A stretch of DNA of 40,597 nucleotides from Octopus sinensis (GCF_006345805.1 NW_021835391.1:1-40597), one strand, 5' to 3'. Positions 1 through 9,732 are shown, numbered from the stretch's first letter. The notes: generated by a model from the letters alone, not told the origin. Program-made: numbers and translations.

Positions 1-105
1 CGAAAACGGTAGAAGAGTAGGGACCGACCGAAACCGGGCGTGATTCCTCCTGATGATGTATTTGGCCACTGGATCCTATAAAGGAGCATTTGAGGTAGGG
101 AACTA

Positions 106-285
106 AGGTGACGAACAGGTAGAATCGCTGGCAAGCCGAACAAAATGCTTAGTGGCATTTCGTCCGTCTTTAAGTTCAGAGTTCACATGTTGTCAAGGTT
201 GACTTTGCCGTCTATCCTTGCGGAGGTCGATAAAATAAGTACCATTTGATGTAATGAGGGTGGGGTTGAGGTAATCGAAATATTT
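106..285 (+). mobile_element. Degenerate tRNA-derived SINE, family B
   Basis: Aligns by eye with the better copies at 5293, 19972 and 30750 (…GAAATGCTTAG…ATTTCGTC…GAGTTC…GTCGATAAAATAAGTACC). Confidence 0.55.
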
Positions 286-339
286 CATTGCTCTGGAGTT
301 ACTGGCCTTGTACCGAAATTTTGAAAGAATTATTGTTGT

Positions 340-920
340 TGGTGTCATTGTTGTTGTTTTTCTTGTTTTTGATGATGATGTTGATGATGATGATGATGAG
401 GAGGAGGAGGAGCAAGAGGAAGAGGAGGAGGAGGAGGAGGAGGAGCAAGAGGAAGAGGAGGAGGAGGAGGAGCAAGAGGAAGAGGAGGGGAGGAGGAGGA
501 GGAGCAAGAGGAAGAGGAGGAGGAGGAGGGCAGAGGAAGAGGAGGAGGAGGAGGAGGAGAAGAGAAGAGGAGAGGAGGAGGAGGAGGAGCAAGAGGAAGA
601 GGAGGTAAAGGGAGGAGGGGAGGTAAAGGGAGGAGAGGAGATAAAAGTAGGAGAGGATGAGAAGAGAGAGAGGAGGGAGAGGGGGACGAGGTGGACGAGG
701 GGAGGAGGAGGAAAAAGAAGACGAGGAGGAAGGGTAGGAGGCGGGTGAGAAGGAGGAGGAAGCGGAAAAGGGGGAAAAGGAGGAAGAGGAGAAAGACAGG
801 AAGGGGAGGAAGGGAGTTAGAAGAAGAGAAGAGGAAGGATAGGAAGAGGAAGGAGAGGGGAAGAGGAAGGGAAAGTGGTGAAGAAGAAGAAGAAGAAGAA
901 GATGATGATGATGATGATGT
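340..920. repeat. Purine-rich low-complexity tract (GTT/GAT/GAG/GAA/AGG triplets)
   Basis: Directly visible; it generates the poly-E/R/S/L ORFs in the track. Confidence 0.9.
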
Positions 921-1464
921 CGGATATGCTTTGTCAGACACTTAACGAACCGCCCGTCTCTCTGATGGAGCTGTAGTCTTGTGTCATTTGTGAGATCGAG
1001 AAAGGATGCCTTGTACCTTATCAATTAGACGCAGCAACTGATTAGATGTTAATCCTTGTAATTCATTCTATTTTAAAGACAGGGAAAATCAACAGGAAGC
1101 ACTCGCCAGATATTTCAATACACGAACAGAAACCTGTGGCGGGGATTTCATTAGTGAGGAAATAAGAAAGGTTGGGGAAGTCAGAATGGTTATTAGCTAT
1201 GGCACTGGTTTAGTAGGGGACCTGTCGGCGATATTCTCAGTAAGATCGTGGAAGTCGATGGGGAGGAATTCATCTGCCTCTTCTGGAAGACTTATAGGCC
1301 TGAGAATCTTAAACACCTTCTATAAATACTTCACTGGAAGTTGCAGCCAAACATGGGAAAAGCTCTATTCGCACAGTATGGTTGGTTAGCTGGACCGGTC
1401 TGAGACATGTGCAAAGGGGCGAAAGCAACTGAGATGCATTTGTGCAGTGTTCGAGTGTTGCTGA

Positions 1465-1837
1465 TTTGAGGAACAAACACTCATAACTTTTTTCTTTTAA
1501 AACTTCATTGCATGAGAGTGATATCATGAAATTCTTCGAATTGAGCACTATCATTTAAGCTTCATGAAAATATAGTTCGTTTTTAAAATAAAAAAAAGTT
1601 AATTTTACTTAAATCCAATGTTTTGCCTTACCTATATTTTACCTCACTACGTTTTGTTGCAGGGGACCAAATCTATAAAATTCCTCATGCTTTCTTCTAT
1701 CACTGAAGCTAAGATAAATATATTTTGCTTTTAAAATAAAAAAGTTATTCAGATCTAAACTTGATCGGAGGCGTTACTTACTCTCCTATAACGTTGCTAC
1801 AAATTTTTATGTAAACTTTTTTCTACAGGACCCAATC
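1465..1837 (-). repeat. Left arm of a ~370-bp inverted repeat pair (unclassified interspersed element)
   Basis: Reverse complement of 4615-4970, e.g. TTTTCTACAGGACCCAATC vs GATTGGGTCCTGTAGAAAA; the outermost ~25 bp match 5197-5221. Confidence 0.8.
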
Positions 1838-2311
1838 GCAAATTTTTTTATAAACATAAGCAAGCCCACATTGCAGCAGAGATGAGCTACGAATGAGCAT
1901 GTACAGCAGTATTTCTCAACAAGGGTCCATTAAGCCCCTTGTGGGGCCATATAAGATTTTGTTAAAATTTATGTTCAATAATATAATAAATTGCTTGTAC
2001 TTCCACTATACACAAAAATATACATTTTTACTCTTTTACTTGTTTCAGTCATTCGACTGCGACGAGACTAGAGCACTGCCTTTATTCGAACTAATCGATC
2101 CCAGGACTTATTCTTTGTAAGCCTATCGGTCGTTTTAGCCGAACCGCTAAGTTACGGGGACGTAAACACACCAGCATCGGTTGTCAAGCGATGTTTGTGA
2201 GACAAACACAGACACATAAATATATATATGTGTGTGTATGTAGTATTATGTATGTATGTATGTATGTATGTATGTATGTATGTATGTATACATGTATGTA
2301 TGTATATATAT

Positions 2312-2342
<31 letters not shown>

Positions 2343-2345
2343 GAT

Positions 2346-2403
<58 letters not shown>

Positions 2404-2425
2404 GTGTATAATATATATATATAAG

Positions 2426-3351
2426 TAGTTGAATGAATTATCTTATTATGGATAATTCGGTTAACCGATAGCTGGGTAGCAAATTCACGTCAGAAAAACA
2501 CGGTTGAAGCTACATGCCAAGGGCAGAGATCACGTGCTTTCGTGTGGAAATTTGTGGGTTTTTTAAATACAAATAAATAAAAGAATGGAGTTGAACGACG
2601 AATTAACAAAATTCCTTCATTCTCGACATATGTTTCGAAGGCTGCATATTCCTAATTTCGAAGGAATAAGGGGTGCATAATGCCGCCTCCTCATCAGGAA
2701 AAACAAGGAACTTATGTCAGCATCAAGATGCACAAAAACTTTTAGATGACTGCCCACACGGAGCCCATAGCGATAATGAGTGTTTCTTTAAAATATTCCG
2801 TTATAAGCGGTGACGTCAAAAATGGTTGAATGTAGAAGATTCTAGAAGGTTCAAGGGTTCAAACAAGGTCGGGGGAGAGAGGTCTAAGAATAGGAAGGTG
2901 ATAGGGTGCAGGTCATATAAATGGTGATTTGTTGTTTTCTTTTGTAATTGAGTGCCTATGTGTGTGTATGTATATAACTACATTCATGTCTATGTGTGTG
3001 TATGTGTGTGTGCGTGATTGTGTGTGTGGTTGGGTAGATGTCAAAAACAGACAGTGGTGAAGTGACAGGTTTGTGTCTGTGTGTTTGATTGCGCTTACGA
3101 TAGAGAGAGGGAAAGAGAGAGAGAGGAGGTCGAGACGAGAGAGTAAAACAAGGTAAACATACCTCAATGGATTGGGTAGTAGTCCTTTATGAGTATAAAA
3201 AATGACTATGGGGGTGATATATAAATGGGACTATATTATTAAAATTCAAGGAGGTTATCTATATTAATCATCTTTCATATGAGTGAAAGGTGTGTTTTTG
3301 CCAGTGCAATTTTGTTAATTCGTCGTTCAACTCCATTCTTTCATTTATTTG
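2426..3351 (-). mobile_element. Penelope-like element (PLE) pLTR remnant inserted in (TA)n
   Basis: Contains a hammerhead ribozyme. A 44-bp segment (2570-2613) is repeated in inverted orientation at the other end (3308-3351, 1 mismatch). TA repeats lie on both sides. These are known PLE hallmarks; no clear ORF remains. Confidence 0.6.
2612..2710 (-). ncRNA. Type I hammerhead ribozyme candidate with intact catalytic core
   Basis: Minus strand reads UUCCUUGUUUUUC-CUGAUGA-GGAGGCGGCAU…AUGCAGCCUUC-GAAA-CAUAUG-UC|GAGAAUGAAGGAA. Stem I: 5+6 bp around a 2x2 internal loop. Stem II: 10 of 11 pairs plus an inner AUUCCU/AGGAAU hairpin. Stem III: palindromic ACAUAUGU. GUC cleavage triplet, predicted cut between 2625 and 2624. 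Confidence 0.8.
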
Positions 3352-4244
3352 CATATATATATGTTTATATACGACGGTCTTCTTTCAGTTTCCGTCAAAC
3401 AAATCCTCTCACAAGGCTTTGGTTGGCCCGAGGCTATAGTAGAAGACACTTGCCCAATGTACCACGCAGTGGGACTGAACCCGGAAACATGTGGTTGGGA
3501 AGCAAGCTTCTTACCACACAACCAATCCTGCGCCTATATACCGCTCCTGTGTTAATTTCTTATATTTTTTACAATTCCTTATAATATTTGATTCTAAAGA
3601 CATGATAGGATTTTTGAAACAGTTAATGTCTATGACGTTCTGCCAGGTAGATCCTACCTGGTAGAATCAACCTGAATATAATAAGAATTTAAAAAATGGT
3701 TGAGAACCGTTTTTGTAAAACACATCAACTCACGCTTCCTTTTTTTCTTTTCTTTTATTTTTTTGTATTCTTGCATGATGACGGAATGGAAGCTGTACGC
3801 TCTATGAACGAGCTATGAACAGTCTACAAACGGAAAAGAAAGCTTACAGCAAGATTAGCAATATGGAATGGAATGTTTTATGTTCAGCAATACACTTGCA
3901 TGACATCTGTAATTAATTTAGATTTTTCTTATTAACTTCAATCTACATCGTATCGTCATTAACTTCATGAACTGATAGTAATCGTTGAATTGCAAATAGG
4001 GAACTTGCGTGAAAACCAGTGCCATCACCTCCCCCTTTTCTCTAGCTTCCCCCCTTGTGTTTTCTCAGTAATCAACTTATGCTGATTTTTGGTCGTTGTT
4101 TTGAGATTGTGGGTTGTCTCCCTTCTAAGCGCGATCTCCAGGAAACTAGAACGATTTCACTTCAATCAGTGAGAGAAAATTAGATCAAATTAAACAATAT
4201 GTACTGCCTTTCGCATATCTTACCAATTAGAGAAAAAATAGTAT

Positions 4245-4297
4245 GGCGACCTGATGAACAGTATGATTCCTAAGTGGGGAAACAATTAGTAGTTGCT
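4245..4297 (+). ncRNA. Decayed hammerhead-like motif
   Basis: GGCGAC-CUGAUGA-(21 nt, poorly paired)-GAAA-CAAUUAG-UA|GUUGCU. Stem I pairs over 6 bp and stem III is near-palindromic, but stem II is broken. Confidence 0.4.
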
Positions 4298-4347
4298 TGT
4301 GCAAAACTAATTAAAATTACGACATACAAACATACACACACATACAT

Positions 4348-4386
<39 letters not shown>

Positions 4387-4614
4387 ATTATGTATGTATA
4401 ATGCATGTGTGCATGTATTGTGTATATACATACATATATGTGTATCCATGTATGTATGCATATATGTATATATGTATGTATTTTCAACTAAGGTAGTAGT
4501 TGAATAATATTCTTAAGGCCGCAATTTACTCACACGCATCATCTTTCAGAGTTTTGTTGCTAATTCAGTTCTTAACCAAATTGAAAACTGTTAACATTTC
4601 TGAAGAGGACTGGA

Positions 4615-5290
4615 GATTGGGTCCTGTAGAAAAAAGTTTACATAAAAGTTTGTAGCAACGTTACAGGAGAGTAAGTAACGCCTCCAATCAAGTTTAGATC
4701 TGAATAACTTTCTTATTTTAAAAGCAAAATATATGTATCTTAGTTTCAATGATAGAAGAAAGCATGAGGAATTTTATAGTTTTGGTCCCAAAGAGGTTGT
4801 GAGGTATAATATCATAGGAAAAATATTGGTAAGGCAAAAAATTGGATTCAAGTAAAATTAACTTTTTTATTTTAAAAACAAACTATATTTTAATGAAGCT
4901 TAAATGACAGAGCTCAATTCGAGAAAGTTCGAGTTATCACTCTCATGCAATGAAGTTTAAAAAGAAAAAATCTCAAATTTGAGGGTCATAATATAGTTCT
5001 ATACTATTTTATGAATATAGTTCTATATGGGGACATCTAATATATGTCACTGGCATCATCGATGTAAGGAAAAATTACCAACGACACCTCTAATTTTCAA
5101 GTAGTTCAACTAGGTCATCTGTATTAATTAATGCAATTATATCATGTAAACACAGTCCTGTAATATCTGAGACGAAAAAGAAATTTTTTTTAAATGTTAT
5201 GAGTGTTTGGTTCTCAAATTTGAAGGTGATAATATAGTTCTATACATTCTTATGAATAAAATTCTATAAGAAGACTTAATATGTCACCGG
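4615..5290 (+). repeat. Right arm of the inverted repeat pair, extended by an internal ~240-bp-period direct repeat
   Basis: 4615-4970 is the reverse complement of 1488-1837. TCTCAAATTTGA.GGT.ATAATATAGTTCTATAC occurs near 4971 and near 5214. Confidence 0.75.
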
Positions 5291-5292
5291 TA

Positions 5293-5535
5293 AGGCGAGC
5301 TAGCAGAAACGTTAGCACGCCGGGCGAAATGCTTAGGGGTATTTCGTCTGCCGTTACGTTGAGTTCAAATTCCGCCGAGGTCGACTGTGCCTTTCATCCT
5401 TTCGGGGTCGATTAAAAAAGTACCAGCTACGCACTGGGGTTGATATAACCGACTTAATCCCTTTGTCTGTCCTTGTTTGTCCCCTCTGTGTTTAGCCCTT
5501 TGTGGGTAGTAAAGAAATAGGTATTTCGTCTGTCG
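5293..5535 (+). mobile_element. SINE family B, near full length, followed by a GGTATTTCGTCTG stub
   Basis: tRNA-like head GGCGAGCTAGCAGAAACG (A-box-like), B box GAGTTCAAATTCC, central GCCTTTCATCCTTTCGGGGTCGA…AAGTACCAG domain, tail …GTGGGTAGTAAAGAAATA. Confidence 0.85.
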
Positions 5536-6007
5536 GAATTTTTAAGATAAAACTTTTCCTTTCTTCCATAACGAGGTGAGGTGGTGAATGCCGGAGAAAC
5601 GAGCTTTGAGAAGAGACAGGCAAAAGCCCGTCTTGTCTTTAGGAAGGAAGTGGAAGAAAGGAAAAGTTTTATCTTAATAATTCCGATGCGCACTCTACAA
5701 ACTATCTCTATTTTATTTCCCTCTCTTGTTCTTCTTCATTCTGTTTTTCCCTCCCACCCTCTCACTAATTCTTCTCCTCTCCCCTACACCGTTCCCGCTC
5801 TCTCCCTTACTTTTCCTCCTTGACTCTCTCCTTGTTTCTCTCCCACCCTTTCTCTAATTCTTTTCCTCTTCCTTTCACCGTTCCCTCTCTCTCCCTCACT
5901 CTTCCACCTTGACTCTCTCGTTGTTCACACGTGACCAACGGCTACCTTTCTTTCTTCCTTCCACTTCCTTCCTAAAGACAAGACGTGCTTTTGCCTGTCT
6001 CTTCTCA
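5533..6007 (+). mobile_element. Fold-back element with nested inverted repeats; possible PLE terminal remnant
   Basis: 5533-5568 and 5651-5686 are inverted (35/36). 5607-5656 and 5958-6007 are inverted (49/50). A ~90-bp direct repeat lies at ~5750-5920. The element ends at a (TA)n tract. Confidence 0.4.
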
Positions 6008-6139
6008 TATATATATATGATATATATATATATATATATATATCTATATATATACATACATATATATATATAGGTAGGTAGGTAGGTAGGTAGAATATTA
6101 AGAGTGCATGCGTTACATATATATATATGAAGGAATTCT

Positions 6140-6225
6140 TTCAGTTTCTATCTACATAATCCACTCAGAAAGCTTTGGTCGGCCCGAGGCTATAGGAGAA
6201 ACTACCTGCCTAAGTTGCTACGCAT
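6140..6225 (-). mobile_element. SINE family A internal fragment
   Basis: TCTTTCAGTTTC…GCTTTGGTCGGCCCGAGGCTATAG matches the family A body. Confidence 0.6.
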
Positions 6226-6463
6226 ATATATATATATATATAATATATGGATTAATGAAACACCTCATCTACTGTTAACAGTTTGTATGTACGAATCACA
6301 ACTTGTGTGTGCGTGCGTATTTAAGTGAGTGTGTGTGTATGTGGCTGTTTGAGCGTGTGTGTGTGTGTGTGTGTTGTGTGTGTGTGTGTGTAACTTTAAT
6401 TTGTTATCTATATGTTTTATTTCATAAGATTATAAATTTTAATTATACTGTGAAACAGATAGG

Positions 6464-6499
<36 letters not shown>

Positions 6500-6506
6500 T
6501 AGATAG

Positions 6507-6572
<66 letters not shown>

Positions 6573-6578
6573 CTAAAT

Positions 6579-6626
<48 letters not shown>

Positions 6627-6639
6627 GCATCTAAACAGG

Positions 6640-6689
6640 TATATTTTACCCCAGTGTCACTTTGATGGCATGAACTGCTCTCTCACTCA
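6640..6689 (+). mobile_element. Terminal ~50 bp of a TAA-flanked element family
   Basis: TATATTTTACCCCAGTGTCACTTTGATGGCATGAACTGCTCTCTCACTC is the reverse complement of 21771-21820 with a few mismatches; (TAA)n lies on both sides. Confidence 0.7.
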
Positions 6690-6789
6690 ATAATAATAAT
6701 AATAATAATAATATAATGTTTCAAAATTTTGTCATAAGGGCAGACATTTTGGGGGAGGCGATGAGTCGATAACATCGACCCCAGAGTCG

Positions 6790-6837
<48 letters not shown>

Positions 6838-6859
6838 TATAATAATAATAATCCTTACT

Positions 6860-7030
6860 GCTATAGGCACAAGGCCTAAAATTTTGGGGGAGGGGGCCAG
6901 TCGATTAGATCAACCCCAGTACGCAACTGGTACTTAATTTATCAACTCCGAAAGAATGAAAGGTAAAGTCGACCATGGCGGAATTTGAACTCAGACCGTT
7001 GCGATGGGCGAAATACCCTTAAGCATTTCA
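6860..7030 (-). mobile_element. SINE family B, 5'-truncated
   Basis: ACTGGTACTTAATTTATC…GAAAG..TGAAAGG.AAAGTCGACC…GGAATTTGAACTCAG. Confidence 0.7.
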
Positions 7031-7051
7031 ATTATACTAATAATAATAATG

Positions 7052-7105
<54 letters not shown>

Positions 7106-7204
7106 GTAATAATAATAATAATAATATGGCGTCATAAGTAAAATGTCACCTGTTTAGATGCGTTACTTTTGGTCCACTTTATATAGATATTCCATTTTAT
7201 AGAG

Positions 7205-7550
7205 ATAAGTAGATAGATAGATAGATATGTTTCTTTATTAGCCACACAGGGCTGCACACAGACAGGACAAATTACAAGGTAGAGCTTTCTTTGGGGGTAA
7301 AAAAAGGGGGTTTGGTTTTCGATCAAAAGGGACCGTAAGGGGAAAGAAAGAGGACAAAAAAGGGGAGGAATAAAATGTTTTTTTAATGGGGGGGAGGAAA
7401 AAAAAATTGATCAATAGGGATCGTTATCACAGAAATGTCAATATGAAGTGTAAAGGAGAGGACAGGTGAGGTTTACCCGTGGAAAGAAAAGCCTACGGAA
7501 AAGACCACGGTAACCTCGGTCAATGAAGTCACATGTTATATTTCTTTTTT
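7205..7550 (-). mobile_element. Putative LINE 3' UTR sharing its last ~50 nt with the SINE B tail
   Basis: Minus strand ends CCTTGTAATTTGTCCTGTCTGTGTGCAGCCCTGTGTGGCTAATAAAGAAA, versus the SINE B tail CCTTGTTTGTCCCCTCTGTGTTTAGCCCTTTGTGGGTAGTAAAGAAA. The upstream part is unrelated to the SINE. Confidence 0.45.
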
Positions 7551-7585
7551 TTTTTGCAAATAAGCAACTCTCTGTATTAATTTTT

Positions 7586-7592
7586 ACGGTTC

Positions 7593-7668
<76 letters not shown>

Positions 7669-8362
7669 GAACTCAACTGATGACAGGTAAAAAGAATTAA
7701 TATCGTTATCCTTACTATACATACTTTAAACTTAAAAGGCAGCGGATATTGTGACTATCAGACATCAAATAGCAGACGCTTTCTTAATTATATATTGAAT
7801 TCCATGCACTTAAATCTTTATAAAGTCCTGCAAATCAATTAGATTTTATATTCAATAATTAATAATTTTAACTTTCAGTCTGGTTAGCTAGACACCTCCT
7901 AGCTTGCTTACCCAGACGGTACGTCTCAGGTATGTATACGTGTATCTCGAAATCTTCATGAACACGAAAGTGTGTGCAGGCGCAAGCGCATATATGTTCA
8001 CGTGTATGTGTGTGTGAGGGTATGTATGTGTCTCTCTCACTCACTTTCTTTCTTCCTCTCTCTCTTTCTCTCTCTCTTCCTTTCTTTCTTTCCTATCTCC
8101 TCTCTCTCCCCCTCTCTCTCTCTCTTTCTCTCTCTATCTATCTATCTTCCTCTCCATATCTATCTTCCTCTCTCTCTCTTTTCTCTTTCCCATTTTCTCT
8201 CTTCCTCTCTTTCTTCCTCTCTCTCTCTTTCTCTCTTTCTCTCTTTCTTCCTCTCTCTCTCTCTTTCTCTCTTTCTTTCTCCCCTTCTCTCTCTCTTTTT
8301 CTCTTTCCCTTTTTTTCTCTCTCTTTCTCTCTTTCTTCCTCTATCTCTTCCTCTCTCTCTCT
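7586..8362. repeat. (GATA)n tract (7586-7668) and (CT)/pyrimidine-rich tract (8030-8362)
   Basis: Directly visible. Confidence 0.85.
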
Positions 8363-8383
8363 AGCTGTACGTATTTGTATGAA

Positions 8384-9563
8384 CAGAAATGTTCGGGCTA
8401 AATTTGACAGTTTGCATGAAAAGTAAATGAGACACAAAATCCCATCCAAAAATAAAATTATTTTAAGAACTCAATAAATATCAACAAGACTATAGCTAGG
8501 AGGAGAGTTTACTCAAAGTAGCCGCCCTCAGCTTCCACAAAGGTTCAAGACGGCTTCAGAACCTGGTGCATGCATTCCTCATTGTTTCCCTGTGAAAATT
8601 TTTAAAACTCCTTCATCTTATTTCTTAATGGCCCACAAGAGGTTAAACATAGAGAGAACAAACAAGGACAGACAAAAGGATTAAGTCGATTATATCGACT
8701 CCAGTGAGTAACTGGTACTTAATTTATCGACTCCGAAAGGATGAAAGGCAAAGTGGACCGCGGTGGAATTTGAACTCCGAACGGCACTCGAAATACCCCT
8801 AAGCATTTCGCCCGGCGTGCTAACGTTTCTTATTTTTTTATTGCTCACAAGAGGCTAAACATAGTGGGGACAAACAAGGACACACAAAGGGATTAAGTCG
8901 ATTACATCGACCCCAGTGCGTAACTGGTACTTATTTTATCGAAAGGATGAAAGGCAAAGTCGACCTCGGCAGAATTTGAACTCAGAACGTAACGGCAGAC
9001 GAAATACCCCTAAGCATTTCGCCCGGCGTGCTAACGTTTCTTATTTTTTTATTGCTCACAAGAGGCTAAACATAGTGGGGACAAACAAGGACACACAAAG
9101 GGATTAAGTCGATTACATCGACCCCAGTGCGTAACTGGTACTTATTTTATCGAAAGGATGAAAGGCAAAGTCGACCTCGGCAGAATTTGAACTCAGAACG
9201 TAACGGCAGACGAAATACCCCTAAGCATTTCACCCAGCGTGCTAACGTTTCTGCCAGCTCGCCACCTTGTCTTGGCCACCTTCTCTATCTTTCATCTTGG
9301 ACACCAGATAAGCCTTCGTGCAGGGTACTGAGCGGTAGTCACGACATCGGCATGTTGATACCCGGCGCGAATCATCCTGATACGCGTTTCCCAATATCCG
9401 GGTGGCTTCCAACACTTTGTGTGAGTGAAGTTTGCTTCAAACGCAACCTTAATGTTTATGCTCTCCAAAGCCGTTGACTCTTCACAAATACATCAAGATG
9501 CTTCTGAGAGAAAAAAAAATTGAGTCATAAAACCAAATCGTCAAATTTAGCCCGAACAAGCTG
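8384..9563 (-). mobile_element. Tc1/mariner (maT/DD37D-like) internally deleted transposon, interrupted by a SINE trimer
   Basis: Perfect 19-bp inverted repeat TGTTCGGGCTAAATTTGAC (8390-8408 and 9540-9558). The right end is CTG|TA. Minus-strand remnants read MRNACTRF*SRLE/VEAEGGYFE* (~8509-8580, a typical Tc1/mariner C-terminus) and WKPPGYWETRIRMIRAGYQHADVVTTAQ (~9330-9410, possible N-terminal HTH). Confidence 0.7.
8618..9262 (-). mobile_element. SINE family B head-to-tail trimer (211-bp period)
   Basis: One complete head at ~9262. Two near-identical 211-bp units share a private deletion (ATCGAAAGG), and a third unit at 8618-8830 is more diverged. Confidence 0.9.
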
Positions 9564-9675
9564 TAGATATGAAACCTTGCATTGTATGGTGTGAGATAAC
9601 GAGAGAAAAGCAAAGATGAGATAAAACATAAAATAATAACGAAGTGTAAATATAACAGAGACACAAAACTGAGAC

Positions 9676-9732
<57 letters not shown>

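Larger units (their letters stand above)
2025..3535 (-). mobile_element. SINE family A split in its central microsatellite (tail 2025-2218, head 3362-3535)
   Basis: Tail (…CTCTTTTACT..TTTCAGTCATT…GACAAACACAGACAC) and head (…CGACGG.CTTCTTTCAGTTTCC…GGGACTGAACCCGG…CTGCGCCT) match the contiguous copies at 19045-19463 and 39703-40094. Confidence 0.85.
1907..3710. mobile_element. Probable hAT-type MITE split by a SINE insertion (pieces 1907-2024 and 3536-3710)
   Basis: Starts CAGTATTTCTCAAC and ends GGTTGAGAACC, resembling hAT/Charlie-type MITE termini. The AT-rich body continues on both sides of the SINE. No TSD resolved. Confidence 0.45.
6446..7125. repeat. (GATA)n followed by several (TAA)n tracts interleaved with element fragments
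   Basis: Directly visible. Confidence 0.9.

Noticed and set aside
1-105. GAAA-(A/C)CGG motifs and a CTGATGA near the window start, suggesting a hammerhead
   Set aside because: The order and pairing do not give a complete fold, the window edge truncates it, and a SINE follows. It needs upstream sequence to judge.
193-1024. Long acidic/basic/Leu-rich ORFs in several frames
   Set aside because: They are translations of GAG/GAA/GAT low-complexity sequence that is open in most frames, with no domain or splice evidence.
945-1465. Complex, coding-looking segment, possibly a retroelement ORF remnant
   Set aside because: All frames I translated contain stops and no RT, endonuclease or transposase motif was recognisable. 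Left unassigned; TBLASTX against a TE library would decide.
3639-3665. Hairpin CCAGGTAG-ATC-CTACCTGG
   Set aside because: An 8-bp stem inside the MITE-like sequence with no other support for function.
4600-4635. CTGAAGA-GGAC…GTCC-TGTA-GAAA as a hammerhead
   Set aside because: There are four extra bases before GAAA and no stem III or UH triplet, and it straddles the boundary of the inverted-repeat arm.
8618-9262. Tandem arrays as CRISPR-like
   Set aside because: The units are whole SINE bodies with no unique spacers, in a eukaryotic context with no cas genes.
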